Origin: Ruditapes philippinarum
Taxonomy: Eukaryota
Direction: 5' to 3'
NCBI RefSeq assembly: GCF_026571515.1
Contig: NW_026857759.1
Location: 1 to 64,000, forward strand
Length of the DNA: 64,000 nt
Positions 40,481 to 53,447 of this stretch are shown here, piece by piece; position 1 is the first letter of the stretch; every line of letters starts with the position of its first letter. A model generated the notes under the pieces. It was not told the origin of the DNA, ran no database searches, and worked only from the letters and a program-made list of their open reading frames with translations. A program made the position numbers and the translations under genes.

Positions 40481-41132
40481 TTATCATCTTATCCACAACT
40501 GATAGACGCTGATATTGTAAGATAATAGCTTCCAGTTGAAATATTAAACTTTGGATTATGTTGTTTCGTTATCTATTAGCTTTTTATATACTATTATACC
40601 AGCTAAGTTCGTATTTTTGTGTGCTTCTCGCATTTTAAACGGGAAAGTGGACGTATCTTGTGGTTACGCTTATGTTTGTCAAAATCGTTAAAACAGCGTA
40701 AAATAATCTGCAGGAAGCATGGCAATATAGAACTTATAATGTGTAGGAGAAGGCATGGTTATAAAGAACTAGGGTTTCTGAAATTTAACTTGATAGTAAA
40801 AGAACTTACGAAAGTAGATAGTTCGTTTCTAGACTCCTTTAGATCAATCAAAAATAAGACGCGTATACCATTTCATAAAAAAATCCTTTTACTAATTTCA
40901 CAATTAACAATCAGATTCCGAGATTTCAGATTGTAATTTTAAAATGACCAATGAAATTTTTAAATAAATTCAGTTCTTCCTTGTAAATTTAACAGGAAGT
41001 CAATCTGAAAACAGGCCGGCCTTTGGATATACAGAAATTACACATTGCCGATCAAAAATGCGAACATGCAACTCGGGCATTTTGCGACCATTTCCCAAGG
41101 GTTGCAGCTTTAGACATTATATCACTGTAAAA

Positions 41133-41236
41133 ATAAGACATTAATACATGTCACGCGGGGCTTTAAAGTGATAATCTCCCCTGAAATGGATAATGCCCTC
41201 GGACTGAAGCCTTCAGGGGCCATTGTTCATTTTGCG
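41133..41236. mobile_element. Partial hairpin head related to the 20348 element, in reverse orientation
   Basis: taagacattaataca...gaaatggataatgccctcggactgaagccttc..gggccattgttcattttgc matches the reverse complement of about 20398-20498. Confidence 0.7.
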
Positions 41237-41794
41237 ATTTTTAGCGTGATTTTAAACCAGGAATTTCGTCTCTTTCCATTCCCTAATGATGTTAGACAAA
41301 TATTGCGTTTTCCCATGCATATTGGCCTTATCACGAAGGCTTTTCTTGAACTAATTTCCTTAATTAACATAGAATTATCCTATATCGTGCATGAAAAAAA
41401 AAAAAAAAAAAAAAAAAAAGAAAAGAAAAACATTAGTCAAACTATGTAAACTCTTTAGGATTAGAATTTTGATCAAAAGTATAAATTTTGTATCTTAACA
41501 AACGAAATATAACGTTGTGATAGATTAACGAAAGAAAAAACTATTACATGTATTCTAATTGTTATTATTTGTAAAATATAATATAGTAGGAGTAGGAAAA
41601 GGAGGGGTGGTACGAGTAAAATTAGCCGTAGCCGTGGTCGTTGTGATGGATAAACAAAACAAAAACTATTACATGTTATTATTATGAAATGTTAATACAT
41701 GTAATAAAGAAGGAGGAGAAAACGGAGAATGAGTGGTAGAGGTATAATGTAGGGGTAGGTAGTGGAGGTATTGGAGGTGGTTGTGGGAGAAGTT

Positions 41795-41890
41795 GTCAGT
41801 AGTAGTAAGTAACAGTAGTAGTAGTAGTAGTAGTAGTGGCAGCAGTAGCAGTAGCAGTAGCAGTAGCAGCAGCAGCAGTTACAGTAGTGA
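41795..41890. repeat. (AGT)n/(AGC)n compound microsatellite
   Basis: Read directly from the sequence. Confidence 0.9.
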
Positions 41891-44684
41891 TGATCAATAT
41901 CATTATTAACATTTTTTTTCTAAATAATCATTTTTCATATCATTTTCATCATCAACGGCCCTTTCCATACATGTACTTCCTTATGATATCCAAATGTAAG
42001 AATGACTTTCCCTTTTCTATTCTTGAAACAAAAATAATAATACAGTTTTGATTTCATAGTCCATACCGTTCGACATTTCATTCTCCAGTAACAAAACATT
42101 TTATGGAGCGTCCAACGTGACATAAGTTAAAACATTTTATCTCATCCGCTATTCCAAGTAATTTGTATATGATGTCCCTATAGAATATTTTGTTACAAAA
42201 CTCAATTCAATTTGTTCCCCTACATTCATTTCAATAAATACATTTACTGCTTCACATTTTATCAACGCAAAGTTCAGTCTGATATCAAATTCAATTTCAA
42301 ATTGGAAATTGCCTTCAATAAACGTCGAATGTAATAAAGAATTGTTCACAGAAGGCTAAAAGACTTACGAAACATTACTTCATGAAACATTATTTCAAAT
42401 GGATTTCACGGAAGCTTGAAAAATCTATCTCGTATGAAATATTTTTATAACATTTATCAACTGTAAAATGATGTTGACTCCATCAGTACATGGTTGATTC
42501 CTGAAAAAGTTGTAACATGGAATGTTTCTGTTATTTAATACACATCGGTAATGTATGTAACAGAATAAAATGTTCCGAAACAAAATATTATTTTGCTATT
42601 TTTACTAGGGTTCTATCCTTTTAGCAATGATTTGTACATGCGTCATTCGTTTTTAAGGCAACTAACTACCATGTTTATTTCATACAATCATTTTGGAAGT
42701 ATCCTTTTTTTGAATTCAAACAATGATTTTTGCAGCAGATATTTAGCTTTATACACTTTAAGGAGGAGCAAAGTTATTGAAATGGTATGCATTGAAACCC
42801 AATAAAGGTGTTTGTGCGTGGATGTGTTTAAATGTTGAATACTTTAATACTTATGCCATGCAAGTTTTATTGTCCGTTCACATCTACAGTGTTATAGCGT
42901 TCGTAGGGTACAAAGGTTTATTGTTGCTGCTTGAAATTAGATGGCAGAATAAATGTTTGTTGCGAAGGAGAAATCGTACAAAACATATAATATGAAATAA
43001 TAGCTTAACTTTATAGCTTTTGTACGTTAGCAGGACTAGAACTATGCCTCTATTACGGCAAATATAATTGTAAATTCAATGGTCTTATGTTCGTAAAATA
43101 GCAGGCACAGTGCTTAATTAAGGTCTTTTTTGTTAAGTGACCGAAAGGGTGCGAAAACACTATATTGGATGATATAAAAATGTTTATAATTTATCTTTCC
43201 ATTGAGGACTTTACTTTCTTTTTCGTGATAAAATTATTTGAATCTTCCATTGAAAATGGGAAAATGTCGATTTATCGGAGTATAGATTTATACAAAACAT
43301 ACAGTTCGTTTAAATCAGAAAAAAGCAAAGCACTTGGGACCAGACAATTAAGGTCGATTGTAACATAAAACAATTTTTTCACAAAATTCATTGTAGCTTC
43401 AAAAGTTGATTTCCTCATGCACCTTTAAACATCACAAAGATTAAAGATTTGTATGTGTTTTTTAATTACTTACTGGACACCATACTCACAAAATTATGTA
43501 CATCTTTGTAAATAAGAAAGACACGACCTTCAAATTTTCAGGAATTACTTCTGATATTTCATAGATTTAGAAAATTAAAAAAAGTGAAAATCAAAAATTT
43601 GGTCAAGAAACCCCATTTTTGCATTCCATGACACATATGACAGGGAGTCGTATAATTTAGATTATTTATATTGGGAAATACATTGGGAGGTCGGATAAGA
43701 CAGGAAGTCGATGAAATCAATGGGTCGCTCAGGCTGTCTTGACTGTATTGACACTCTTGTAATACTTTATTGCAATTTGTAATAAATACAAATAAAATAC
43801 AAACATCCTTCCTGCAACTTTATTATATCAAAACAAACAAAACACTTTTAAATTTCATTAAAAATGTCTCATCATAAAATTATTCAAAATATAACTTGCT
43901 CTATCTAATACCATATTTTGTTTTTATAAAAAATAAACGGTCATTTTTGTTGTTGTTATTTCCATAACTTCTTATGGCAAGTTTTAGCAAGAGTCGTAGT
44001 ACATGTATATATTTTTCCCTTAACATTTTGTTCATATAAATCTTCATTTCATTTCAATCGATAGCTTTACATACGTCTGCCGATTAGCACATCAGTCCCA
44101 GAATCTTCGTACCCCATCCCTTGTGACGCAGAAAGGTCATTTTCCTATCGTATTTTAAAAGGTGAATGTAAGTGTTTTGTTAACCTGACCATATTTATGC
44201 TTACTTTCATGAAAATTGTAAAATTGTATCTCAAAGTTTAAATATTGCGAAGTGGACAACGAATGTAGTTTACATAATGCAAAAGGAACTTACAATCCAC
44301 GTAAATTGCCAAAACAAAGTGGTCAACATATGCAAAAATACGCCTTTAAGTACTGCGTGAAGTACGCAGTACAATTATTTGGTACCAAAATATTGAAAAT
44401 TGGTGAAAAAATGTTGAAGTTATGGAGTTCATATTAAGATGAGTGCTGAAAATTGATCGGCGAGTTGCATACCTTTACTAAATATATATGTATCAATTTT
44501 TTATTTTTTGTAGGAAATGAAGGTTATTGAATTAAAAGCATAAACCAAATATTAAAACATGTTTCAAATGAAAAATATTGTATTTTACATGGTTTTGAGA
44601 GGTAGGAGGGCTGTAGAGTGGGTGTGGGGGTGAGGGGGGAGGGGGTGCGGGGTAGTGACCAATCAACGCGCCGATTACCTGTGA

Positions 44685-45091
44685 TGCGAAGGACCGGTAG
44701 AGGCATTTCAACTTGAATGAATTCAGGCTTTCAACTTTACGAATTCAACTTCGAAAATTTATGATTTCAACTTCATGAATTCACGATTTCCACTTTACGA
44801 ATTCACGATTTTGAATTCGAAGTAAAAATTGTGCAATTGAAATCGTAAATCCATGAAGATAAACTCGTTGATCCGTGAAGTTAAAATCATGAATTCTTGA
44901 ATTCATGAAGCTGAAATCATGAATTCATAAAGTTGAAATCGTGAATTCGTGAAGATGAAATCGTGTATTCTTGAAGCTGAAATCATGAATTCAGTATGTA
45001 AATAACGTGAATTCACGGAGTCGAAATTGTTTATTCTCGAAGATTAAATTGACAATTTATGAAGTTGAAATGTCCCCATCGGTCTTTCGTA
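44685..45091. mobile_element. Foldback element with ~30-bp terminal inverted repeats and internal 22-bp repeats that switch polarity
   Basis: tgcgaaggaccggtagaggcatttcaactt matches the reverse complement of aagttgaaatgtccccatcggtctttcgta. The unit gaattcacgatttcaacttcat inverts near 44815. Confidence 0.8.
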
Positions 45092-45379
45092 GCTTTAACT
45101 GATTTATATACCTTTCCTGTTCACTAGAAATAGATTAATGACTTTACCTGAATTTAAGTGGCATTATTTACGTTATATATTGCAATTTGAGGCATTTCAC
45201 GCTTGTTTATCCGAATAAAAGTAATCAAAATCAGTGTAAGATTTGAGGAAATAGTCCTTAGAGACAAATTCTGCATCAGATGAAGTGCAAAGAACTCATT
45301 TGTCTTCGTAAATATCAGCTTCAGTAAACAAGATTATGTTGCATCAGTAATAGCAAAATTTGTTTTCTTGACATATTGT

Positions 45380-45604
45380 GAGCCGCGTCACGACAAAACT
45401 AACATAATGCGTTTGCGACCAGCATGGATCAAGACCAGCCTGCGCATCTGCGCAGTCTGATCAGGTTCCATGCTGTTCGCTATCAGTTTTTCTACTTGTT
45501 ATAGGGTTTGTAAGCGAACAGCATGGATACTGATCAGACTGCACGGATGCGCAAAAACATGCTGGTCGCAAACCCATTATGTTGGTTTTGTCGTGACGCG
45601 GCTC
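45380..45604. mobile_element. Foldback MITE (Sola-like), copy 3
   Basis: Same family as copies 1 and 2, with a small deletion in the right arm. Target duplication is imperfect (TTGT/ATTT). Confidence 0.9.
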
Positions 45605-45835
45605 ATTTATAGATGATATTAGATTGTTAACGCCCACAACAGTCTATGAATAACTTGTTTAATTTATTTTGTCGAATTATTAAGACTCGTTTATCAATAT
45701 TAAAGATTGAGACACTGATCTTTCTTGATAATTTTAGAACAGTTTAACGACTTATTGCTAAAAAGAAATGTGCTGATAGTAAACATTTTATGGACCACTT
45801 ATTAATGTATACATCTACATTGCGCGTGTTTGTAC

Positions 45836-45872
45836 TGCGCATGCGCGTTTTTTACATCAGTCAAATGGCGAC
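45836..45872 (+). promoter_or_regulatory. NRF1-like and YY1-like motif pair
   Basis: TGCGCATGCGC (45836-45846), TCAGT (45857) and AAATGGCGAC (45863). Confidence 0.35.
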
Positions 45873-46186
45873 CAGACGATTACTTTCTTACGAACAATAC
45901 GAAAATTGCAATCTTTATCTTTTTACAAAATCGTAATTCATTATGAAAAAAAATTTAAAAAATAATATCACAAAAAACTCGAATCATTCCATTTCAGTGT
46001 GTGTATCAAAAGTACGCTTCTTATGTTTCACACGCCAGGCAACTACTTGTATTGATATTATCAGAAGATACTTTTTAAGTCCATAATTTTAATTGTTAAA
46101 AACTAAGCCGACCACATCAACTCACTCCTCAATCGATGCAATGTTTTGCATATTCATTCTACGGACTTCATATTTTATTGTATTTA

Positions 46187-46378
46187 TTTTGTTTGAGTTT
46201 TACGTCGCACATGTCGATTTTTCTAGCATTACTGGAATGGAAAGATCTCTGTTTCACCTGTGCATTATATTAGTTGTGCATCGACAACTGAGTAGAATCA
46301 AAAACGTTCCCGTAAGCCACATTGATAGCATCTTAACATGAAAAATTCAAAGTCTTCGGCGGGATTCGAGAGGCAAAT
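46187..46378 (-). mobile_element. Degenerate SINE (family shared with 60590-60847)
   Basis: Shared blocks: tttacgtcg, ctgtgcattat, ctgagtagaa, cgttc..taag. Confidence 0.55.
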
Positions 46379-47298
46379 GTTTTCTCCAATTATAGCATCT
46401 TTATTTTAAAAGTAGTAAGAGGAATTGAACTCGTGGTTTCATAAGATATTGATGTTTATTTTCAAAGCATGTTTCACAATCCTTTTTCCGGGTAAGCCTC
46501 AATTGAAAGAAAGGTTAATATTCGTGACATGTAAATAACCATTGAGTCACTGACTTTGTTTTAATGAAAAAATAAATGACCAATCGTTGTGTAATGTTAT
46601 AAAATCTATACAATCTATTACAAATTATACATTTCTATTGTTTTTATCAATATTTAAATTACTTTGGGATAATCGTTCAAAATTTAGAATTAACCATAAT
46701 TATGCTAATTTTCATAAAACATTGAGAACGTATTAATTCAAAATGAATTTGTGTACAATGAGCATATTTTCCATAGGTATTTCAACAAATACAGTGTATG
46801 TTTCGAATTCTGGAAGTGCTAGAATCCGGACACTTCAGAAATCCGAGCATTATTCAAGGTCCCGACATTTCTCTTTTTGGTTTCTGTGAAATAATGCCTA
46901 TGAATCACGAAAACTGAATATGGACCTTAGTAATATATTTTCTTATTTTACATCATATTCACCAGCTAATAAGACCAAATTCGTATTATATATTTTTTAA
47001 TAAACAAATGACGCATGTATGTGTTTATGTAAAATAGAAGGATGCTATTTGTTCCGGAAACTTTTATTAGTTTAAACATATTTTATTCATAATCATACAC
47101 AGTACATCATATACAAACATTCAATATGTACAATGATGAAATGGATTAGAACGAAAGATATAAAATCTTATATAGTTCTGCTCCAATGAGCACTGTGTAG
47201 CAAGAACTTTCACCTTGCATTGAGCATTACCCAGTCAATTAAGTAATTTTTGGAGACAATTATAGAGCTGCTCATAATCGAAAGCGTATTATGTAGTA

Positions 47299-47676
47299 AA
47301 AAGAGCACCGAAACACGAGGCTATCTGATTTGTACGAGGGGGCGTAGCCCCCGAGTATTAATCAGATTGCCGAATGTTTTGGTGTTCTTTCTCTTTTGTA
47401 TCATAGTCAAACATAAAAGCACGTTCCCTGTTGTCACAATATGAAACCCCGGCAAAAATGAGCCAATGAACGAACATCTGAATATGACATTTCTGTCGCT
47501 TTCCCTTTCTCTGCCTTCACAATATGTAAACCAAAGCAAAAATGAGCCAATCAATGGGCATGCTATGGAGTGCGGGTAACTAATACCCGTACTCCAGTTA
47601 ACGCACTGTGCATGTATATTATACGATTTAACCCGGACACATTTTCAACAGAAAGGTCTCCAAACTATGATACAAA
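47299..47676. mobile_element. Hairpin-headed element with the same architecture but a different sequence family
   Basis: Hairpin at 47299-47390 centred on gggggcgtagccccc. Inverted pair tttgtatcatagt (47395) and actatgatacaaa (47664). Small internal hairpin at 47567-47595. Confidence 0.72.
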
Positions 47677-49128
47677 CAAGAATATAGAACATAGATATGT
47701 TTTTTTTTTGGATTTAACGCCGGAAGTTTTACCAATGAAAGAAGTCTTAAAGTGCTAATCCGAACATTATTTCGCAGAACTTGTCCGAATTGCGTTCTTA
47801 TGTGCGTGACTTCACTAGGAGGTGCACTATGAGTATTCATTAGTCTGAACACTACTCAGTCAATTAAGTAATTTCTGAATTTAACGATGCTCATGGAGGC
47901 GATTACAATCGATATTTCCCTTAAATCCTTATTTAATGTTCATCGATAATTTTATATTAATTATACCACAATCAACAGGCACCTTAAATGGAAACAAACA
48001 ATGGCTGACAAGACAGATCATTTTAATTTCAAAACTTCTGAGCCTTTTTAAGGATTGATAATGTAATCAGTTTACAATTAATATTACTCATGTTCATATA
48101 GCATATGGTTACTCTTATCTCATATATATCCGAATCAGGTAGGTAACAGGTTTTTAAACATTTCCAGTGCCATTCGGATGATTGAATAAAAGTATCGAAT
48201 CTTTACATTTAATAAAAATATTTCTTTCTTTTTTGTTTTGTACAAAAAGATTTTAGATTTTGTATAGATCTACATTTTTTTTTTATCTTTGTTATTGTTA
48301 AATCAGAAAGCCGCACTGAAAATAAGTAAACTTCTCACTGTGTAAACTTTGTATGTTATCTTCAGTCTATCAATAAAGATTTTATCATTATTATTATTTT
48401 CATTATGTCACCAAGGTGTGCATATTGCATGCTCTCTTATATATAATCGCTTTTGTAGCGTTCTTACCTATCATTCCCTTTTGATTTTTTCTGAACTAAA
48501 TTTGCTAAATTAAATGCTATCGATCTACAAAAAGTGAATTCATTATCATATCCAATTAACAGTTTTACAGAGCTGCTTTCTTCAAGAAAACAAAATCATT
48601 TACGATATCATTATCAATGTGGCAATTACGCACGTTGGCAATTTACACGTGCATTTTTATTCTTACGCTTTTACTATCACCGGATATCTCAACATCCCTA
48701 CACTCCTTGTATATGTTGTTTTTTATTGTCAAGGATTGTGATTCAGAGAGCGGGAATATCCATTACTTATTTAACTATTTGTTTCAAAGCAATGTTTGTT
48801 TCAAGCTATTTTCTCTTTTTGTTGTTGTTGTTGTTGTTGGATTTATGTCCCACCAACTTAGAAGACTTTCCAGTTTTCTTTACACTGTGTTATGTTTTAT
48901 TTCGTTACATACATGTACAAAATCACACCGTTTTTCAAGCGCCATTGATGACAGAAGTCTAAAATTTACTGCTTACAACAGGTTTATTGTAAACTTGTGT
49001 GATATATATTTTTATATTATGCAAATAAGTACAATATTATTATTCCTATAGACTTACTACTATCCATTAATATACCGACTACAGGGTCAAATGCAAGAGT
49101 GCCAGGTCAATGTTGTTGGACAATAGTG

Positions 49129-49350
49129 TTACTGTTATGCTTTCCCGCCAAAAAAATTTACATCGGAAAGTAACGTAGTAAATCGATTCTTTTCGGAAGG
49201 TATTACATTATTAACTCATCATTTATCGCTATATACTAAATTTCGGTTATAAACGGATAAAAGTTATGGAATACCGAAGATTGTCCAGAAATGAGTGATT
49301 AATGACAATATTAGACAATATTATATTTTTGGCGGGAATGCTTTGCAGTA
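49129..49350. mobile_element. Palindromic MITE-like remnant
   Basis: ttactgttatgctttcccgccaaaaa and tttttggcgggaatgctttgcagtaa form inverted ends, with further internal symmetry. Confidence 0.55.
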
Positions 49351-50459
49351 AGATCACCTTAATAGCCTTATTAGGACTTGACAACTTATATGGATAAATA
49401 AAAGTTAACTAATTCGACTTCTGTAAATGTCAATATGGAGTTTTCAAACGATATAAGGATAAAATAGACACTTATAAAAACTTTTAACTCCTTATTAGGA
49501 AAGAATCATAAAAAGGACTTTGCAAGTTCTAATTAGAAGTTTAATTAAACGTTGTCAGAAAAAAAACTAAATATTTCTTTGTTTAAAAACCTAATTTATT
49601 TCTACTAAGCTGTTAATTTGGTGTTTAAAGAAGCTGTCATTCAGTTAGATTTTCGACCGTGCGACCACATACACGCATCGAGGACACTTTGGAAGAACAG
49701 TGACCGTGCGACCACAAACACGCATCACAGGTTTCCCCTTCTCACATGAGGAAGGGACAAAGAGCTGTCTTCCCCTTTAAAAGGGAGACTATAAAATACG
49801 CCATTTCCTAATTATTGTAAGGAGGCTAATTTTCATTAATATGTATTGATTTGATATAAATATAACTAAAGTAATGCAAGCCAAGCGGGTTATCAGTTTT
49901 CGTCTTTTTTAATTTTCTTTAAAATGTCAAAATGCTCATATATAATTTTTAGGAAAATCTTGAGTTTAAATCTAATTCTTCTTTTCATTTTTATGTATAT
50001 AATAGATTTTTTTCATTTTTGCAAAACAAACGTTTTATATGCATTTGATATGGGAGATAATTTCACACCTTGTTTGCAAATATTAACCTGGGGACATTTT
50101 TGCCAAATTATTCTGCCTGTAATAGGAAAGGTAAATATGATCTGCCGGAAGTTTAAATAAAAAAACGAGATTAAACTAAAGCAGACGACCGAGATGGCAC
50201 TGGTAAAACTGTACAAATTGGTTAGCCTAATCCTTAACTTGCTGAATTTGTAAAATGAACTTTTCAAGCTTTCATTCTTGGAACTACAATGTATCCTTCA
50301 ACACTATTGAGCCTTATCAGACTGGACGGAAGTTCAGCCTGTCTTGGTTCTATACTCAGTCTGGATTCTTCATTTCCATTTTGGTTCCATCAAGATATAT
50401 ATGCAGTGCTGTTTACAATTGTCACATTTACAAAAAAATAAATAAAAATTAATCGACCA

Positions 50460-50590
50460 AATGCGTCGGGCTAGTAATCTTAGGATTGCTGGCTACATTG
50501 GTTCAAGTTCGTCAGGAGCAAGTCTTGGTTTCCTTGAGCTCAAACATTAATTCTCATTGCTAATTACACACATCATATTAGTACCAAGTT
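50460..50590 (+). mobile_element. Truncated SINE of the same family as 13477
   Basis: gtaatcttaggattgct..ggttcaagttcgtcagg..tttccttgagc aligns with 13510-13580. Confidence 0.6.
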
Positions 50591-51329
50591 TTCGTTTACA
50601 ATGTTTCTATTATAATAAATTAATCAAAAGGTAAAACATATTCTTATATAAGTTTTCAGTTTGTCTATGTCCGTGTTACTGTAGCATAAGCCTTTAAACT
50701 TTCATTTATAATATCGTCTTAAGAAAGCAATAGTTGCATCGAAAACACTTTATAATAATCAAACGAAGTCCAGAATTCAACGATTTTAAATTAAAATTGA
50801 AATGGATATTATAAAAATATAAAAACTACCTTATGTCTATTAACTCAACAGTGAAAGGCATTGTAGATCAGGCTTACTTATATACGTACATGTTGTAATG
50901 TTATTTGCTAATTGATAGTGCAATTTTAGTCGTTGTGAATCTTGTTTTGTCATGTTACTGCAGTCAAAAAGGCTTTTTTGATGCACCTACCGCATGAATA
51001 TCTTTTTTTTTCATAAGAAAGGTATTTCATATAATAGTTTAAAGTCTACATTCTGGATAATTGTACGACGTCATCATCGGTACATTGTCTAAACAAATCA
51101 AAGTGTTATATAAAAATTAATTACAAATTGGTGCGCATTTTGTCGTTATCGTCGTTGTCAATATAATCATAAATTTGTCATCACTGGCAGCAGGGAAAGC
51201 TGTAACAATATTATCACTACCAACACCATTACTGCCACCATAATTTTATCAATACACCCATTATTTAGTTGTTTAATCATAATCCAAAATATTCATTGTA
51301 TTTTTGTTTTCGTCATAACGTCGCCGTTA

Positions 51330-51490
51330 GTGTCATAATTATCATAACTGCAATGACAGTCATGATAATAATCAACATACATATTATAACAATCATCGTT
51401 ATAATCATTATAATCATCATAATTATACAAAACAATACAATAATCATCATAATCATGATAAATATTAAATTATTATAATAATCATATAGT
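51330..51490. repeat. Degenerate (ATC/ATA)n low-complexity tract
   Basis: Read directly from the sequence. Confidence 0.8.
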
Positions 51491-53447
51491 ATAATATAGC
51501 AATAATCTATAGTATCTCTATCATCAATTTCTTGTTGTGCAAATTATAAGCAGTTACTGTAGTAATATTCAAGATACAAAATTTTATTGGCAAAAAAACA
51601 TTTCACAGTGTGCATCGCCATTTATATGAACTATTTATGTAAAAACTTAACTGACTGGTTTGACGGCGATGTTCATGTTTACATTTCCAAAACACTAATT
51701 AAGTAATAACATGTAAATGCATTCTTATTTATTCAATTCAATATAGCTCATTTTTTGGCAACACAGCTGCTATGTAGACAGTTTAGCTTAAATAGGAGCG
51801 AGGAGACTATAGATAAGAGATAAATATTAAATCAATAGTCTCCATGATTAGGCGTAAAGTGGTATTTACCTACCATTTAGCAGATGCATCTAGATAGAAT
51901 ATTTTGTCATTAGAATTACCTCTGTCTGATTGCTATGTAATCAACGTTTATTGATGACGATACATTTTTTGTCCCTCGTGTCTAGAGCGCCATAGGTCGA
52001 ATATATTCTTAAGCATATTTTTTTAGGATGATCACCCAAATGAGAAACAATATTCTTGCTCTGTATTTAATGAAAAGTGGCATTTATTAATCGCGTGTAG
52101 CTAAATCATTTAAAATGTCGGTATACTTTTGTTTAATACTTTTTACAAAAATTTGACATACAAAAATCACTGAGAGAAGTTATATGATTAAGTTAACATT
52201 CACCGTGTACATATGTAGCATGTGACGGAAAAATGTGAATATAATTATGTAGCGCAAAAGAAACGCAAAGTTGTGCAAATCTTGCAAATCTATGACAGAA
52301 ACGAGCTATTCGGTTAATAAATCAACTGATATGTTTTACAGCATCTTTTATTTATAATAAATATATTGAAGACGACTTTTGTGTTTCTAAAGGTTCATTA
52401 TCCTCATCAATATCTTAAAAGAGATACTGTACCGAAATCATGACTGAAGTTGATCATGGTAAACGGAAAAAACAACAACAACAAAACATAGTTCCTCTCC
52501 GTAAATACCCTCATTATTAAAGTTGATTATATTGCCTCAGTTTAGTAGAGACAATTATAAAGTATTTAAGAAAGTTAACACATTGTTACTCAATATATAG
52601 CTTGTTTAATTTAATCTAATTTGTGTCAGTATTTGGACTTTTTTATCAGAACTTAATGGCAAGCAAGTATATCATTCTGTCATTCGCAAATAACTGTTTA
52701 AAGCTAAAGATTTAATCCTCTTAAAACATATTTGCAATTGTACTACAGTTCTGCTTTGTACCAGCAGACATATACAACTGTCATAACTTGGTTAACTGCT
52801 TGTAATTTTGTACCACTTAAATTTTACAGTCAAATATAGGCAACAAGCAATATCAATATAGAAATACATTTAAATGCAGATTTTACTGCGCAAGAAGAAA
52901 CGCCTTTATCGCTTCGAATGAATTGTTGCAGATATTAATGATTTCAAGAGCCTAAACACACGTCCCTTTATCCACTATCGACAATTAGTTATTCAAAAGA
53001 GTTATAAAAGCAAGCAGTTAGTAAAAAAAAAACATCAGTTAGAAGGTTCTTTCTTAAAGCAAATACATGTACACAGTTCTAACCAAAGAAATTGCCTAGA
53101 GGTTTCCGTGTTGCATGGTGGTTTTTTAGAACCGATGTTTTTTTTCTTTCTGTATACAAAGTGTAAAAATCTTTGCATAAATACCAATTTCTGCTGCAAC
53201 CTGTTAAAATACCATTTGTTTGATTCGGTAGGGGATTACAAAATATATTATAAACCGGTTCTTATTTACAGCAATATAAGACACAAAACTCAAACCCTGG
53301 AGATATGGAATGTAGCTTGGCCCTTTTCTGGATTTATTTCTGTATATAAAGTATATGAATTTTCGTAAAAAATACCTGTTTCTTGTGCCAATTGTTTTAA
53401 CACCATTGCTCTGATTTAGATTTAAAGTTAACATTCTATTAGTTAGT

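Noticed and set aside
48534-49051. Two overlapping ~143-aa ORFs
   Set aside because: F/L/I/Y-rich composition typical of AT-rich non-coding DNA, include a (GTT)n tract and a SINE tail, and show no motifs.
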